Shown here in pieces: positions 38,970 through 53,988 of a stretch of 64,000 nt of DNA. Below the pieces are notes generated by a model. It was not told the origin of the DNA. It saw nothing but the letters and a program-made list of their open reading frames with translations, and ran no database searches. The first letter of the stretch is position 1. Each line of letters opens with the position of its first letter. The translations under genes were made by a program, and so were the position numbers. Source of the stretch: Mobula hypostoma (Eukaryota). The DNA is taken from the NCBI RefSeq assembly GCF_963921235.1, contig NC_086115.1, positions 12,400,001 through 12,464,000 of the forward strand, written 5' to 3'.

Positions 38970-41143
38970 TAGTGGCTGTTCTGAAGTTCCTTTCTCTTCT
39001 GCTGCAACTGAATGATGACTCCCCCTTAATGATGAGTGTGTGTGCTTAGGCATTGTGTGACAGCTCTAAAGGCCATCTTTGGGAGTGTTGAAGCTTGCTC
39101 TTACAGTCAGAGTGCAAGTTTTTGTTTGGTGAAGGCTGGGCTGGATTGGCTGGTGGCAGGAGTGTACATTGTCAGAATTTGATCCACGTCCCTCTGATTT
39201 GCATTCTCAATACATCTGGCTGCTTCATCCATCCTTTCCAATCCAAATGAAGTGTCCCCTCCATAGATGCTACCTGACCTGTTGAGTTCCTCCAGCGTTT
39301 TGTGGGACTCTGGATTTCCAGCATCTGCAGCATCTCTTGTACTTTTGATTTGCAGCAAGGTCTCTTCAATGTATGTCTACCCTGAAGAAGTTTCAATTCA
39401 CTCTTTGACAGGAGTTCATTGACACTCTCACTGTTACCTCTGTGATCTCTGCTGCCCTCTGACCCTTCAACCATGTGCTCACCCAAACTTGCTACCATTC
39501 TTTCTTCTCTGTTTCTTCCAATCCTGATGAAGGGTCTCGGACAAAAGCATCAGCTGTTTATTCCCCTCCACAGAATCTGCCTGACCTGGTGAGTTCCTCC
39601 AGCATTTTGTGTGTGTTGCTCTGACCTGCATTTTTAGTCTTGCCTATGTCTGTCTTTGTTTCCACTCCATCTTGTTAACGACGGTACAACTTTGAAAACA
39701 GCACATCACCATGGGAATCTAGGCCTCACGCTGTTGGATATGCCTCTTACCCTATCCACCCATCTGTTCCCTTCTCTTCATCTCAGAACTAACTTGCTTC
39801 CTCACTCTCTGTTCTATGATCGGCAATGCTAAGTCTGCTTCTCTCTTCACAGATGCTGCTTGACCTGTTGAGTTTCCAGCGTTTTCTGTTTTTATTTTCA
39901 AGTTCTTGCATCTGTAGTTTAGTTGAAGACCATAGAGCTCAGCTCGATATTTAAGTCATGCTGTGAAGTATTTTCTGCTCAGAAGGAGGGAGTGCTAGCA
40001 TAGACCAAAGCTTCTAACAAATTAAAAGAAAAGTTCATGTTAATATTCTTGACTAGATCTATGGGAGTAAATTGTTAATAAGATGGTAACCATTGAAACT
40101 CATGGGAAAAATAGTGATGCTGAAAGTTCAGGTCTGGGTATGGTTTTGATATGACATATTGCAAATGTGTTTCCAGGTGTTTCTCCTCTGGCCATTTGGA
40201 ATGTGTGTGCACTGCAATTCCATTCTTAATTCCACATCCACTGACTACGTTTTCACCCTTATGGTACAAATGACTCATTTTGCTGTGTGTTTTACTAGAC
40301 AGTAAAGGAGAGAGCAGCAGTTCCTATATAGTTGAAAGGTACCTATATAGATTTCAGTTATAGCTGTATATCGAAGAAGGCCATTGTCGATGATATGAAA
40401 CATGTAATCCTCATTTCAGAATTCCTCAGTGAAAACGGGCTGGCTTGAGAGGAGTGGGTGCCATTCCCACTGTGGTCAGGTTTTGGATTGACCTAAATTT
40501 CTGTTGTGGCCTTTATCAATATTCAGTTTGATGCAGAAAGGAAGTTAAAGGCAATTTCTTCCTTACTTCTTGAAAGATCCTTGGATAACTGCTGGGATTT
40601 TCATTCTCAAGCTGCACAGATCCTCTGGTGGTAATGTTGCATCTTTCTCTGACGTGACTTAGTTCCTTTTATAGGTCAAATGGACTTCATGTCCCCCTGC
40701 ACAAGTGGTATTGAAGAATGCATTTACATTTTGTAATTGTGGAGTGATGGTTAGGAGCTGAAAGTGAGTGTGCATTACTGCTACTTGTAATCTACTTGTT
40801 TGATGTCAGTTCTCAAGATTATACTTCATGTAACAATGTTAGACCCCAGTTTGTTATTGATTATAAGGAGGATGACTAAAATTTCCCCTATCATTACAAC
40901 AGCTTTGTACAAACAGCCAAATATATTTGTGCTCATTTTGATTCTAACACAAACCCATGTATATCCTGGTTCCAGTGGTTGGCTTAAGCCAAATGAACTG
41001 TTCACTTGAGATGAATGATTACATTGTTCTTTGTCCCTGTGAGATGTTAATATCTTAAAGGTGTGAGGGAAAAATGGCATTAGGCAGTGTGTGGTGACAA
41101 GTAGAATCCACAAAGTTTTTCACAAAAGTCTCTCTTTCCTTAG

Positions 41144-41205
41144 ATCGTGGTAATGATAACTGGCTGATTAAATATGACTGTCCGATGGATGGGGCTAGTT
41201 TGAAG
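41144..41205 (+). CDS. PI4K2A: PI4K2A exon 5
   Basis: (D)RGNDNWLIKYDCPMDGASLK, catalytic loop; 62 nt. Confidence 0.96.
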
Positions 41206-42485
41206 GTGAGTAGTTTTTTTTAATCTTTGATATTAGACAGGTCTTTTTATGGCGTGTATATATAAAACTTCACAACAGGATAGGATTGGACTATTCAACA
41301 TGTCTATTGGTATTTGTATTTCTTTTGCACCTCTCCACATCCTTCCTCATTTTGCTGTCTCATATTCTTTCTCCCTTATACTTAACCCAACTTCTTAAGT
41401 AACTTGTTCAGTTTGCATCAATTTTTCTGCATTCTCAGGTAAAGAGAACTCTGAAGAATTTGTTTACTGTCATAAATTGATTGTTACTAGTTTTCCTTTC
41501 CCCATAACTGGAAATCTATTTCTTCTTCTGAAATCTTTCATTATCTTAAAGACATCTATCTGACACTACCCTTTAGGATTTTCTCCTGACCCCCCTCCCC
41601 CCAAGAAAAACGCCACTACCTGATAATCCTGCACTTGTGGGGTTGCTCTTCTGTTATGATTTTCATAAATCTTCCAGTGATAAAATTTATATGGCGACCA
41701 AATTTATGCCCAATACTTGTGTTGTAGAACCACAGTACTGTATTTAGAGCAACTTCTCTACAGTCTAATCCTATCCCTCTCAAAATAAACCAACACTGTT
41801 TTATGATCCGTTATGGCCTTGCCTCTGTCTAGCTGCTTCCTCCATAGTTTTCAGGGCACATGACTAAATGCACATCCCTTTAAATGTCAATGAAGGAAAT
41901 TTTAACTTCATGAAAGTTAAAATAAGCATGCAAATTAGGTTGAGATCAGTGAGTCAAGATGTAGTATCAGATTTATGAAAATCTTTTAGACACGAGAAAG
42001 CTATATACTTTGTAGAAATGAGAAGGAAATTTTCCAATGGGAGGACTTGCCTTTCACATTTAACAAAAAAAAAGACATCGTAACAAAGGCAAGCATGCTA
42101 TTGGATGGAATATAAAACAAAGCAAGTGGCCTCAGATCCAAAATACCAAAAATAAATATGTTCTGATTGCCATTGTGGATACTGTACTTAGAGCTGAAAG
42201 CTTAGCATTCAAAGAGTTTTGACATTTAGGAAGGACAGACCAAAAAAACCAGCAAAGGATGTGGTCTGTGGAGGATGTCTGTATAGTGGGAAGAAATTAT
42301 CTTGTTTTGATAGAGCATGATGTCAAATTAAAATTAATCTGAGTTGAGCTAAAAAATGGTTGGGATAATTTATAGAAGTTCATATAAATGTTTAAGAGCA
42401 TATAACATAGAACAACAGGAGCAGGCCCTTCGGCCATAATGTACTGAACTAATTCATGTCAGAAATGGCATGATCAAAAAGTTAA

Positions 42486-42935
42486 AGATATTGTCGCCAA
42501 ACAATTGGTACTAGAACGTATAGTCATCACAGTGATATTTGATCCTACGCTTTACACTCTCTGGATTGCAAATATTAAATATTAAAAATATTAAAAATAG
42601 TTAAAATTAGTAAGTATTAAAAATTTAAATTATACATCATAAATAGAAAAATAGGAAGTAAGGTAGTGCAAAAAAACCGAGAGGCAGGTCCAGATATTTG
42701 GAGGGTACGGCGGAGATCCGGGTCAGGATTCGTTCAGCAGTCTTATCACAGTTGGAAAGAAGCTGTTCCCAAATCTGGCCGTATGAGTCTTCAAGCTCCT
42801 GAGCCTTCTCCCGGAGGGAAGAGGGATGAAAAGTGTGTTGGCTGGGTGGGTCGTGTCCTTGATTATCCTGGCAGCACTGCTCCGACAGCGTGCGGTGTAA
42901 AGTGAGTCTAAGGACGGGAGATTGGTTTGTGTAAT
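42486..42935 (-). mobile_element. Rex1/Babar-type LINE 3' fragment, same family as 6561-7000
   Basis: High nucleotide similarity to 6585-6990. Confidence 0.8.
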
Positions 42936-42964
42936 GTATATTCAGTAATCTGTTTGTGCTAGGC

Positions 42965-43116
42965 AAGTTAAAGTTAGATAATGAATTTGTGAAATGTAGA
43001 CAGGGTTGCTTGTTAAAGTTAAAGTTAGATAATGAATTTGTGAAATGTAGACACGGTTGCTTGTTACAGTTAAAGTTAGATAATGAATTTGTGAAATGTA
43101 GACTAGGTAGCTTGTT
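42965..43116. repeat. 51-bp tandem repeat x3
   Basis: gttaaagttagataatgaatttgtgaaatgtagac... at 42967, 43018 and 43069. Confidence 0.9.
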
Positions 43117-43982
43117 GGTTCAATGTGTTGAGGAAGCAACCAGGGTGATGGTTGTTTTAGGTCTTGTGCAGTGAGGAAGGGTTATATAATCTCATTGTAA
43201 AGGGATCTTCAAGGAAGAATAATCACAAAATAATATTTTACAAGTGACCTTGCAGTTCAATCTGAAACTAGGGTCATAAATATGAAGCCAAACTCTGATA
43301 CGAGAGAAAATGTTCCCTTGCTCCCCACTGCATGTGATATAGTTGTCAGGCTCAGGTTTATTATCAGGACATATGGCATGAAATTTGTTGCTTTGCAGCA
43401 GCAGGACAGTGTGATACATAAACTAATACAAGTTACAAATGTTGCATAATGTAAATAATTATGAATATGAATAGTCACGTGCCATTCAGAAGCCTGATGG
43501 CAGAGGGGAGAGCAGATGGGGCCCCATCATTTGTTCACAGGTCTTTGTGGTTGTCAGCTAAGACTCATCAATCAGTCGTCTAATCAGTTTATTAATAATG
43601 CTGCCTCTCTAACATTTTGTAAATTGGAATTGGTTTGTTAATGTCACATGTAACGAGGTACAGTGAATAACTTTAGATGCAATGCCGTCCATGCAGATCA
43701 TTTCATTATAATTCATTGAGGTAGTAGAGAAGGGAAAACAGTAACAGTGTAGAATAAAGTGTTATAGTTACAGAGAAAATGCAGTGCAGGAAGACAAAAT
43801 GGCCATAATAAGATAGATTGTGAGGTCTAGAGTCATTAGAACCTGTACTTGAGCGTGGTGCTACATGCTTTAAGGCTTTTGTATCTTCTGTTCCATGGGA
43901 GGGAGGAAAAAGAGAGAATGTCTGCGATGGGTGGGGTCAACACTGTTACAATGAAAGTGTATACAGAGTCAGTGGAGGGTAG

Positions 43983-44123
<141 letters not shown>

Positions 44124-45867
44124 TAAATCGATGTGCTGTTGTAGAATTGAAGCAGAATAAGTATTTATTTAGAGATGTAGATGCAGATGCTCTTCTGGCC
44201 CAACGAGCCTACACTGCCCAGTTACAGCCATATAACTAATTAACCTATTAAGCTGTATGTTTTTGGAACGTGAGAGGAAACTAGAACACCCGGTGGAAAC
44301 ACATGTGATTATGGGGAGAACATTCAAGTCAGCAGCGTTCCACAGCTGAGCCATTATCTCCCACCCCGCCGTCTGTGCTGCCTCTTTGAAGGCTCATCTA
44401 ATCAATCTCAATCTTCGCCTTCTCTTAAATACTGCAAATTCGCATTGAATGTGTACAAATAAATGTTGACTATGTCCTTCAGATTCCCCTTGCTAGCACT
44501 TCAGTCCTCTGATTCTATCCCTTACAGCTAGAACCCTAGCGTTAACTGGGTGAAAAGTTTAACCAAATATTAAAGGTGTTGATCTTGTTGTGATTTCATT
44601 CTTCTCCTGATGAGTAGGCAGTCTTCTCCATGAACCAACCACTGGTCACGCTTCTTAGTCACTTTTGTAATTTCTGTGGAAATATTGAGATTATGGGAAA
44701 GATTGGCAACACTTGATCTAGTTCCAGTCAGCCACAATGGATTTGAATAGCTTTCTTTTCAAAAGGCCTGATCATTCACAGCCTTTTTGGACTAATTCTG
44801 TCTGTATTTTTGGATGGGTGTAAGGATTGGATGCGGAATATTTCCAGAAAGGTAAGTGCAAAGAATGACAGATAAAAATGAAGTATAAAAGCGTTGCATA
44901 AAATGAACACAAAGGGGTTGTGCAATGACTAACAAGAGTGGCAAGTGGACCACATCAGGAGAAATATGAAATCAGAGCAAGATCAACATCTTTAACCTTT
45001 GGTTAAACTTCTCACCCAGTCAACACTAGGAACCTAGCCGTAAGGGATAGAATCAGAGGACTGAAGTGGCAGCAAAGAAAATCTAAAGGATAAATTTCAG
45101 CATTTGCTTTAGAAACATACAGCGAAATGCGATTTTTGTGTCAATGAACAATGCAGCCCGACGATATGCTCAGGGCAGTCTGCAAGTGTCGCTGTGCCTC
45201 TAGCGTTAACGAAGCATGCCCGCAATTTAGTAACCCTAATCCATATATCTTTGGAATATGGGAGGAATCCAGAACACCAGAGGAAACCTACCTGATCATG
45301 GGGAGAATGTACAAACTCCTTACATCAGCATTATTTATTTATTTATTCTATTGGTTTGAGGTACAGCCCAAAGATCCTCTCTGCCCAATTATATCTGTGT
45401 GACCTACTAGTCCGTACACCTTTGGAATGTGGGAGGAAACCGGAGTGTTGGGAGGAATGTATGAACTCCTTACAGACAGCGGTAGAAATGAACTCTGGTT
45501 GCTAGCCTTGAAAATGTATTATGCTAACCGTTACACTACTATGCTGCCCCTAAATAACACACTTACAACTTTAAAGAGCTTTGTAGCGTCAAGTAAGATA
45601 GAAATGTTTAGGTAGGTTCCATAGTCTTCAAATAACTGTTAGAAAAGGCAACTAACAGGATCAGAAGTGATTCTAGAGGTATCTTTCTCAAAGGGGAGGT
45701 TATCATTGTTAAAGATGCCTGAGTGCAGAAAGAAGTGTTCACAATCTCTTTTGCTTATTATTAACCCATTGGAACGAGATTTGGGCTATGTGACCTTGTT
45801 TGCCTTATCATGGGCAAGAGACTTGTTTGATCGTTACATGCAAAGGAACATTACAAATAAAGTGTAA

Positions 45868-46254
<387 letters not shown>

Positions 46255-46556
46255 TAAGGTGCAGAAACATAACACTGTGGGAAGCAGTTTGCTGATGACA
46301 TTTTCACTGCCCATTTGAATTAAGAGAATTGTGCTGCAGAATAACAAATATCTGAACTGATTCCACAACCTATGGACTGGCTTTCAACTCATGTTCTCAG
46401 TACTAATTTTCTATTTGCACGATTTGCCTTCTTTTACATATTGATTGTTTGACAGTCTTTATGTTTAGTTTTTCGTAAATCCTATTGTATTTCTTTATTC
46501 TCTTGTAAATGCCTACAGGAAAATGAGTCTCAAGGTAGTATATGGTAACATATAAT

Positions 46557-46937
46557 ACTATGCAAAAATCTCAGGGGCATGTCTATAGCTAGGGTGCCTA
46601 AGACTTTTGCACAGTACTGTTGGTGATTTTATGTATTGTACTGTAGTGCTGGGAAAGGGGGAAGTAGAGGGGAGGGAGCAGGATGCACCAGAGAGACATT
46701 CCATAATGATCTATAAACCAATTGTTTGGAATCAAATGATCTTGTCTGGTTCTCAGGGCTGGGTGCGTCTGCATCCGTACCACTCACTCGCCCTGGCACT
46801 CCTTCTCTGCCACCTGGTCCACATCCTTCCTACAGCACTCCACCCTCCATGTTGACAAATACAGTACTGTGCAAAAGTCTTGAGCACCCTAGCTATGCAG
46901 GATATACTGTATCTCCCTTAGACTTTTGCACAGTATT
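46557..46937. mobile_element. Tc1/mariner-type MITE
   Basis: Repeated and inverted cagtactgtgcaaaagtctt termini. Confidence 0.6.
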
Positions 46938-47084
46938 GTATATGTACTTTGATAATAAATTTTACTTTGATTTGAAATATCCCTCTGACAAACTGAGATG
47001 TCTGAAAAGAACATCTTGAGTTGTATACTGTCAATATTTAGTTCAGTGGTAGGCCTGTCAGACTTCAGTTGAAGTGTGATTCTT

Positions 47085-47700
47085 GGCGTTGTTTATCCTT
47101 GCAAGCAGAACAAGTGCTACACCTGCCCCTACACCTCCTCCCTCACTAACATTCAGGGCCCCAAACAGTCCTTCCAGGTGAGTCTGTTGGGGTCATATAC
47201 TGTGTTTGGTGCTCCCAATGTGGCCTCTTGTATATCGGTGAGACCCAATGTAGATTGAGAGACAGCTTCACCAAGCACCTGTGCTCCATCTGCCAGAACA
47301 AGTGGGATCTGCCAGTGGCCTCCCATTTTAATTCCACTTCCCATTCCCATTCTGATATGTCCATCTATGACTTCCCCCAGTCAGGATAAGGCCACACTTA
47401 GGTTGGAAGAACAACATCTTTATATTCTGTTTGGGTGGCCTCCAACCTGATGGCATGAACATCGATATCTCAAATTTCCAGCAATGCCTCTCTTCCCCCC
47501 CCGCCCCACCTTCACCATTTCCCATCCCCTTGTTCCTCTCTCATGTTATCTCCTTGCCTGCCCATTGCCTCCCTCTTGTGTTCTTCCCCTGAAATGTCGA
47601 CTACTTTTTTCCATAGATGCTGGTCTTGTGAGTTCCTCCAGCATTTTGTGTATGTTGTGTATGATTCTCAGCATCTGCAGATTTTCTTTTCTTTCTTGCT
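47085..47700 (+). mobile_element. Penelope-like element 3' fragment (GIY-YIG remnant)
   Basis: KCYTCPYTSSLT.IQGPKQSFQV, the same family as 11316-11726; ends in the PLE terminus. Confidence 0.75.
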
Positions 47701-47957
47701 GATCATGTTTTTTTAATTGCTTTATATTCTGCTATTAAGGTAGGCAGGGCCATACTGAATGCTCCCTGCCTGCAGTTCCAAGAATAGATTATTGAGGCTT
47801 TAGTATACATAGATTTAAATACTGTCTAACATGTTTTGCACTCAGTCCCCGAACATTTCCCTGTGCCCCTTTTGCAGTCATGTGGTTTCCCGAGAGCTTG
47901 TTTGAAGTCTCAAAAGTTGATACTTTGTGGAGACTGCTTCAGAAATGCCTAGTTCTG

Positions 47958-49960
47958 GGGGGTGTCACGTGATGATGTGGGATTGAGACGTGTAAATCCA
48001 GCTCTCCTGTAAAAAATCAGCAAAGTACCGTTTAATCAAAGTAAAGTTAATAAATACTTTCTGAAAACTACTTATAAACTTCGTAAGACTACTCTACGAT
48101 ATGCCTCGTAAACCGCAACAGAAGAAGTCTGTTGTTGTGAAGTCGCCGGGAGATGGGAAGAAAAAAGGGCCTACTGCAGCGACGGAGCCTCGGATTCAGG
48201 TTGGATCTCCTTCAGAGAAGACGCATTTTATCTCTGGCGTAGAAGAACGGGGAGCAATGGCGGCGGTAGTGATCTCTCAGAAGAAGATGCCGGAATTGCG
48301 CATGCGCAAATCGACACAATATAAACTACAAGAACTGATGGCCACTGCAACTGAAAGTGACTCAGAGTCAGAATTGGATATCGCAGAGAATACAGATGAA
48401 GAAGAGGAGGAAGAACTGGAAGAGATTGGAAGTAAAGGAGACGACAGAGACATAAGAGAGGCTTTATTGCAATTAACGGCTGAACTAAGAAAATTAAGAA
48501 CAGAGCTTAAAGACGTGAAGATGTGCTATGATAAAGCTATGAAAAGACAGGATAAAATGGATAAGAAACTTCAGAAGATGGAAAGAACAATCGAGCATAT
48601 TAACGATAGAGTGGAAAAAACAGAAAATAATGTGCTTGTCTGGAACACGGAAAGAAATCGACTCTTGGAGAAAGTGGACGTGTTGGAAAGTGATAGTAGA
48701 CGTAATAACATTAAAATTGTTGGTCTTAAGGAAGGTATAGAGGGAGATAATCCAATAGAATTTTTTCAAAGATGGATCCTGGAGACTTTGCAAATGAAAG
48801 AGGAAGACCGATCAATTGAAATTGAGTGGGTACATAGAGCTCTAAGACCGAAACCACGAGATGACCAATATCCACGATAAATTTTAATAAAATTCTTAAG
48901 ATTTCAAGATAAAGAAAGGATTCGACAGGCGGCTGCCCAAGCTGCCAAGAAGAGAAAAAGGCCACTGATGATAGAAGGGAAGAAAATGTTTTTGTACCCT
49001 GACATAAGTTATGAACTTTTGAAAAGAAGGAAGAAGTTTAACCCAGTGAAAAAAGCCCTATGGGATCACGGTTATCAATTTATATTGCGTTATCCTGAAC
49101 CTTGAAGATTTTTTTGCTGGGTGGAGAAAAAAGATTTTTTGACGATTACCGGAAAGCGGAGGAGTTTGTGCGAGATTCTTTGAATATTCACCAGATACAA
49201 GAACAAACTTAAGCGAGCGAGATGGATTGAAGATGAAGATTGGATCAAGGATTAGGCCTGTTGAATTTTTAGGTGGATGAATATATAAATATATTATTAA
49301 TTATATGAGGGAGGGGAAGAAAGGTTAAAATTTGAGGAATATTAGCTGGGAATAATAACATTAATTTTTTTTTCTATATATATATTTTTTTGTTATGAGG
49401 GAGCTGGAAGAAACACTGTCCAATCGCTACGTTATTCATGTGTGCAAACGTGGCAATAGCCACGACCCGCACAATGGAGGGGGGTAGTGTGTATTTTTCA
49501 TTCACAACATTAGTGGGGGGGTATTTTGTTTTTTTCTTTTTTTGTATCTTTTCTATTTTTTTCTTTTTGCCTGGATGATTGGGAGGGAAGCACATAGCAA
49601 CATGGTGAAGTTCAAAGAGATTCCCCAGGGAACTATGAGAGTTGAGAAGTTAAGTAATGTTTTAGATTTTAAGAGATAAATATGTAACATTTTTGAATAT
49701 TTGGAGCCCTTATTTATAGCTCTGATGATGAAGATCTTGGTTCCTTGGGGGAAAGTAACAAATATCTATTAAATTTATTTTTATCCCATGGAGTATGTGC
49801 AAACCTTCCAATATTCAGGCAGTTCCTTTTTTTCCTTTTTTTCTTCTTGGATAGGAGGATATATCGGTGGGGGGAAGGGTTAAGGGGAGGGGGGAGGGTA
49901 GATATTTTTTTTTCTCTTGTGTCATTTTGAAAACTCAATAAAAATTATATTAAAAAAAAA
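47958..49960 (+). mobile_element. L1-derived ORF1-only element (HAL1-like)
   Basis: 17-bp TSD agaaatgc(t/c)agttctg. L1 ORF1 (coiled coil, SRRNNIKIVGLKEG, IEIEWVHRAL) with a premature stop at 48878. Only the last ~16 codons of ORF2 remain. AATAAA plus poly(A). Confidence 0.85.
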
Positions 49961-50089
49961 AGAAATGCCCAGTTCTGTTATTTTCTGGTTTTAAAAAAAT
50001 GCACTGAATAGTTTTAGTTTCTACTGTCCAATATAACTTAGTGTCTGTGGAATTCTTTAGCAGTGATTTTAGTTATATACAGTATGTGA

Positions 50090-50239
<150 letters not shown>

Positions 50240-50614
50240 TGAAGCTAATCAACTACAGCAGCCTTACAAAGAAAGGCAGTGCACAAGGGTCTGGGAGAGA
50301 GAGAATGCCCTGTGTGTCAAGGCGTGAGTTATTGAGAGCCCAGCATGAAAATTGAGCTTGAAAGTTTCCATATTGTTCATGAATCTGAATGTTTGTATAG
50401 TTCGAAAGTGGAGTTAAGTGTAAAAATGTCTCTTCTCTTCACCTCTACCACAGCAACCTCAATATAGGGCTTCAGTTCGGTTGCCCTGACATGGATACGG
50501 TTAGCTTGGGTTGTGAGCTCAAAATGTAGCATGCAACCCGATCCTTAGTAGAGTTTGACACCTTTTGTCCACGTGCAGCTGTGGCAACCAGAACTAGAGG
50601 CACCTGTAATTATT

Positions 50615-51160
50615 GAGGCCTTAGTCTGACCACATTTGGAGTATTGTGAGCAGTTTTGGGCCCCACATCTAAGAAAAGATGTGCTGACATTGGAAAGGAT
50701 CCTGAGGAGGTTTACAAGAATGATCCCAGGAATATATGAGGAGAGTTTAGTGGCTCAGAGCCTGGACTCAATGGAGTTTAGAAGAATGGCGGGGGGGGGG
50801 GGTAGTCTTATTGAATATTGAAAGGCCTAGGTAGTGTGAAAGTGGAGAGGATATTTGCAGTACAGGGGAAGTCTAGGGCCAGAATGCCTAGCCTCAAGAG
50901 AAGGATGTCCCTTTTGAACAAAGATGAGGAGAAATTTTTTGCCAGAGGGTGATTAATCTGTGGAATTCATTGCTATGGATGGCTGTGGAGGCCAAGTCAT
51001 TGAGTGTATTTAAAGAGGAGATTGATAGGTTCTTGACTAGTAAGGGTGTCGAAGAGGAGAAGGCAGAAGAATGGGATTGGGGTGGAATAAATCAGCCATG
51101 GTGGAATAGCAGAGCAGACTCGATGGACTAAATGGCCCAATTCTGCTCCTGTGTCTGGTC
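50615..51160 (+). mobile_element. CR1-type LINE 3' end
   Basis: LEYCEQFWAPHLRKDVLTLERI motif. Confidence 0.7.
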
Positions 51161-52234
51161 TTACAGCTGGAAAAAACGTAAGTAAGACTGCCTAACAGCT
51201 GAACACAGGTGCTGTAATTTGTCACTCCAAAGAACTGGTGGTGCCTCACTTGGTATCTTGTTCACACTTTTGAACACTTGTATGCTTTCCATATGCATGA
51301 ATTTAGCAGGTTCTTATATTTTTAATCAAAAGTCACTGAAAGCAGTGAGACATCAAATGGAGTTTTAATTTTTTTTAGCTTTGAAAATTAGAAGTAAAAT
51401 TGGATAACAAATGGATGGTGTGACCTATATGTTACTGCAGGAGCTAATCAAAATGGTTCCTAATTGACTGAGCAAGGAATTTGGATGATCAGTAGATGAC
51501 TGTGAATGTGGTGAAAAATGCAACCCTTGCACTTATGCTAAATGCCCCTCACATGCCAATGTCATTGACATAGAACAGTACAACACAGTGCAGGCCCTTT
51601 GACACAATGTTGTGGCGACCTTTTAATCCACTCTGAGATCAATCAAATCCTTCCCTCCCATGTAGCCCTCCATTTTCTATCAGCTATATGTCTATCTATG
51701 TCTTTTAAATAACTCTAATGTATATGCCTCTACCACCACCCTGGCCGTGCTTTTCACACACCTACCTCCCTGTGCAAAGAACCTCTGACATCCCCCCCTC
51801 CCTACACTTTCCTTAAATCATATTAGTTCTGCCCTCTTGTATTAACTATTTCCACCCTTGGCAAAAGGTGCTGGCTGTCTACTTCTTTCAATGCCTCTAT
51901 CAAGTCACCTTGTCCTCTTACGTTTAAAGACAGAAGCCCTAGCTTGCTTAACCTTTCCTCATAAGGCATATTCATTAATCCAGGCAGTAAATGTTCTGAA
52001 TAATATTTTTTTTAATTGTGGACTAGACTCTACAGATATAATCATGCTTCTGAACAGCTGTGGTTCCTGATTTTGAGCCATTGATCTGAAAGTCCAAAAG
52101 GCTTGGGTTGTAGTAGGCAGATTGAAAGAGTACCTGCTGAAAACAGCACTATTCAAATTTCTCATCTTGTTGGGAAAAATTAGTACTGGAGGTAATAAAG
52201 GACAGCTTATTAAAGCCAAAAAAAAGACAACCTA

Positions 52235-53988
52235 CAGTTGCAAGAAAAAGTTTGAGCCCTTTGCAATCATCTGGTTTTCTGCATTAGTTACTCATAAAAT
52301 GTCTGCTCTTCATCTAAGTCACAATAATAGACAAACACAATCTGCATAAATTAATAACACAAACAATTGTACTTTTCATGTCTTTATTGAACACAATGTT
52401 TAATCATGCACTGCACAGGCTGGGAAAAGTATCTGAACACTCATGTGGCAGTGTGTTTGTGCCTTTGAGCAAGGCACTTAATCACACATTGCTCTAGTCT
52501 GTGCGAGGAGTGGTGCCCCACATAGACTTCCAATCTGCGCCTTGTAAGGCATGAAAATGCCCGACGCAGGCCTCTCATGGTCTGAGTCGACGTTCCTTCC
52601 CTCCCCCATATTTAATAACTGGTAGAACCTCCTTTAGCAGCATTTACCCCTACCAAATGTTTCTTGTAGCTGTTGATCAGACTTGCACAGTGGTGAGGAG
52701 GAATTTTAGAACATTCCTCCATTCAAAACTGTTTCAGTTCATCAATATTTCTGAGATACCTTGCATGAGCAGCCCTCTTCAGGCCGTGCCACAGCATCTC
52801 AATTGGGTTAAGGTCTGGACTCTGACTTGGCCATTTCAAAACAGAATATTTTTTTCTATTTAAACCATTCTGTTGATTTACTCTTGTGTTTCAGATCATT
52901 GTCTTGTTGCATCATCCAACTTCTATTAAGCTTCAGCTGACGGACTGCTATGACGTTCTCCTATAAAATGTCTTGATACAATTTTGAACTCATTGTTCGC
53001 TCAACGATTGCAAGCTGACCAGGCCCTGAGGCAACAAAGCAACCCCAAACCATGATGCTCATTCCACCATGCTTCACAGTTGGGATGAGGTTTTGGCATT
53101 GGTGTGCAGTGTCCTTCTTCCTTCAAACATAGCGGTGTACATTTTTGCCAAAAAGTTCACTTTTTGTCTCATTTGTCCACAAAACATTGTTCCAGAAGTG
53201 TCGTGGAACACCCAGGTGTTTTTTGTTTTTGTTTTTGGAAACTTGAGACATGCAGCAATGTTTTTTTTGGAGAGCAGTGGTTTCCTCTGTGGTGTCCTTC
53301 CAAGAACACCATTCTTGTTCAGTGTTTTTCTTATAATGGACCCAAGATCAAAGACTTTAGCAAGTTCCAGAGATCTCTGCAGGTCTTTTGCTGTTATCCT
53401 TGGGTTCTTTTTCACATTGTGCTCTTGGTGCAATCTTTACAGGGCGCCCACTCCTAGGGAGAGTAGCAACAGTAATGAATTTCCTCCATTTGTAGACATT
53501 TACTGTGGACTGATGAACACTCAGGCCTTTAGAAATGTTTTGTAGCCTTTTCCAGCTTCATGCATCTCTATAATTCTTCTTCTCAGGTCCTCCGAAAGTT
53601 GTTTTATTGAGGCCTGGTGCACATGAACAGCACTTTCTTGAGAAGAGCAGGCTTTGTCAGCAACCTGACTTTGTCCTTTTTTTAGAGCAGGGCACCTCTA
53701 CAACTCACACATCCAATCTCATCTCGTTGATTGGAATACCTGACTCCAAATAGCTTTTGTAGAAGGCATTACCCCAGAGGGTCACATACATTTTGAACCT
53801 AGACTGTGATTGTTTAAATGGTATCCTCAGTATTGCTGAGAAGAAGTACAATTGTTTGTGTGTTGTTAGTTTAGGCAGAATGTGTTTATTTATTATTGTG
53901 ACTTAGATGAAGATCAGACTACACTTATGAGTAATTAACACAGAAAAAAGGTAATTGCAAAGTGTTTACAAACTTTTTCTTGCAACTG
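52235..53988 (-). mobile_element. Full-length degenerate Tc1 transposon
   Basis: TA-flanked TIRs cagttgcaagaaaaagtttg / caaactttttcttgcaactg with long (>=140 bp) inverted repeats. Transposase remnants [12 protein letters not shown]...[13 protein letters not shown] piece inserted at about 52444-52608. Confidence 0.88.

Noticed and set aside
39008-39070. C/D box snoRNA (ATGATGA motifs) in PI4K2A intron 4
   Set aside because: No properly placed D box with a terminal stem.
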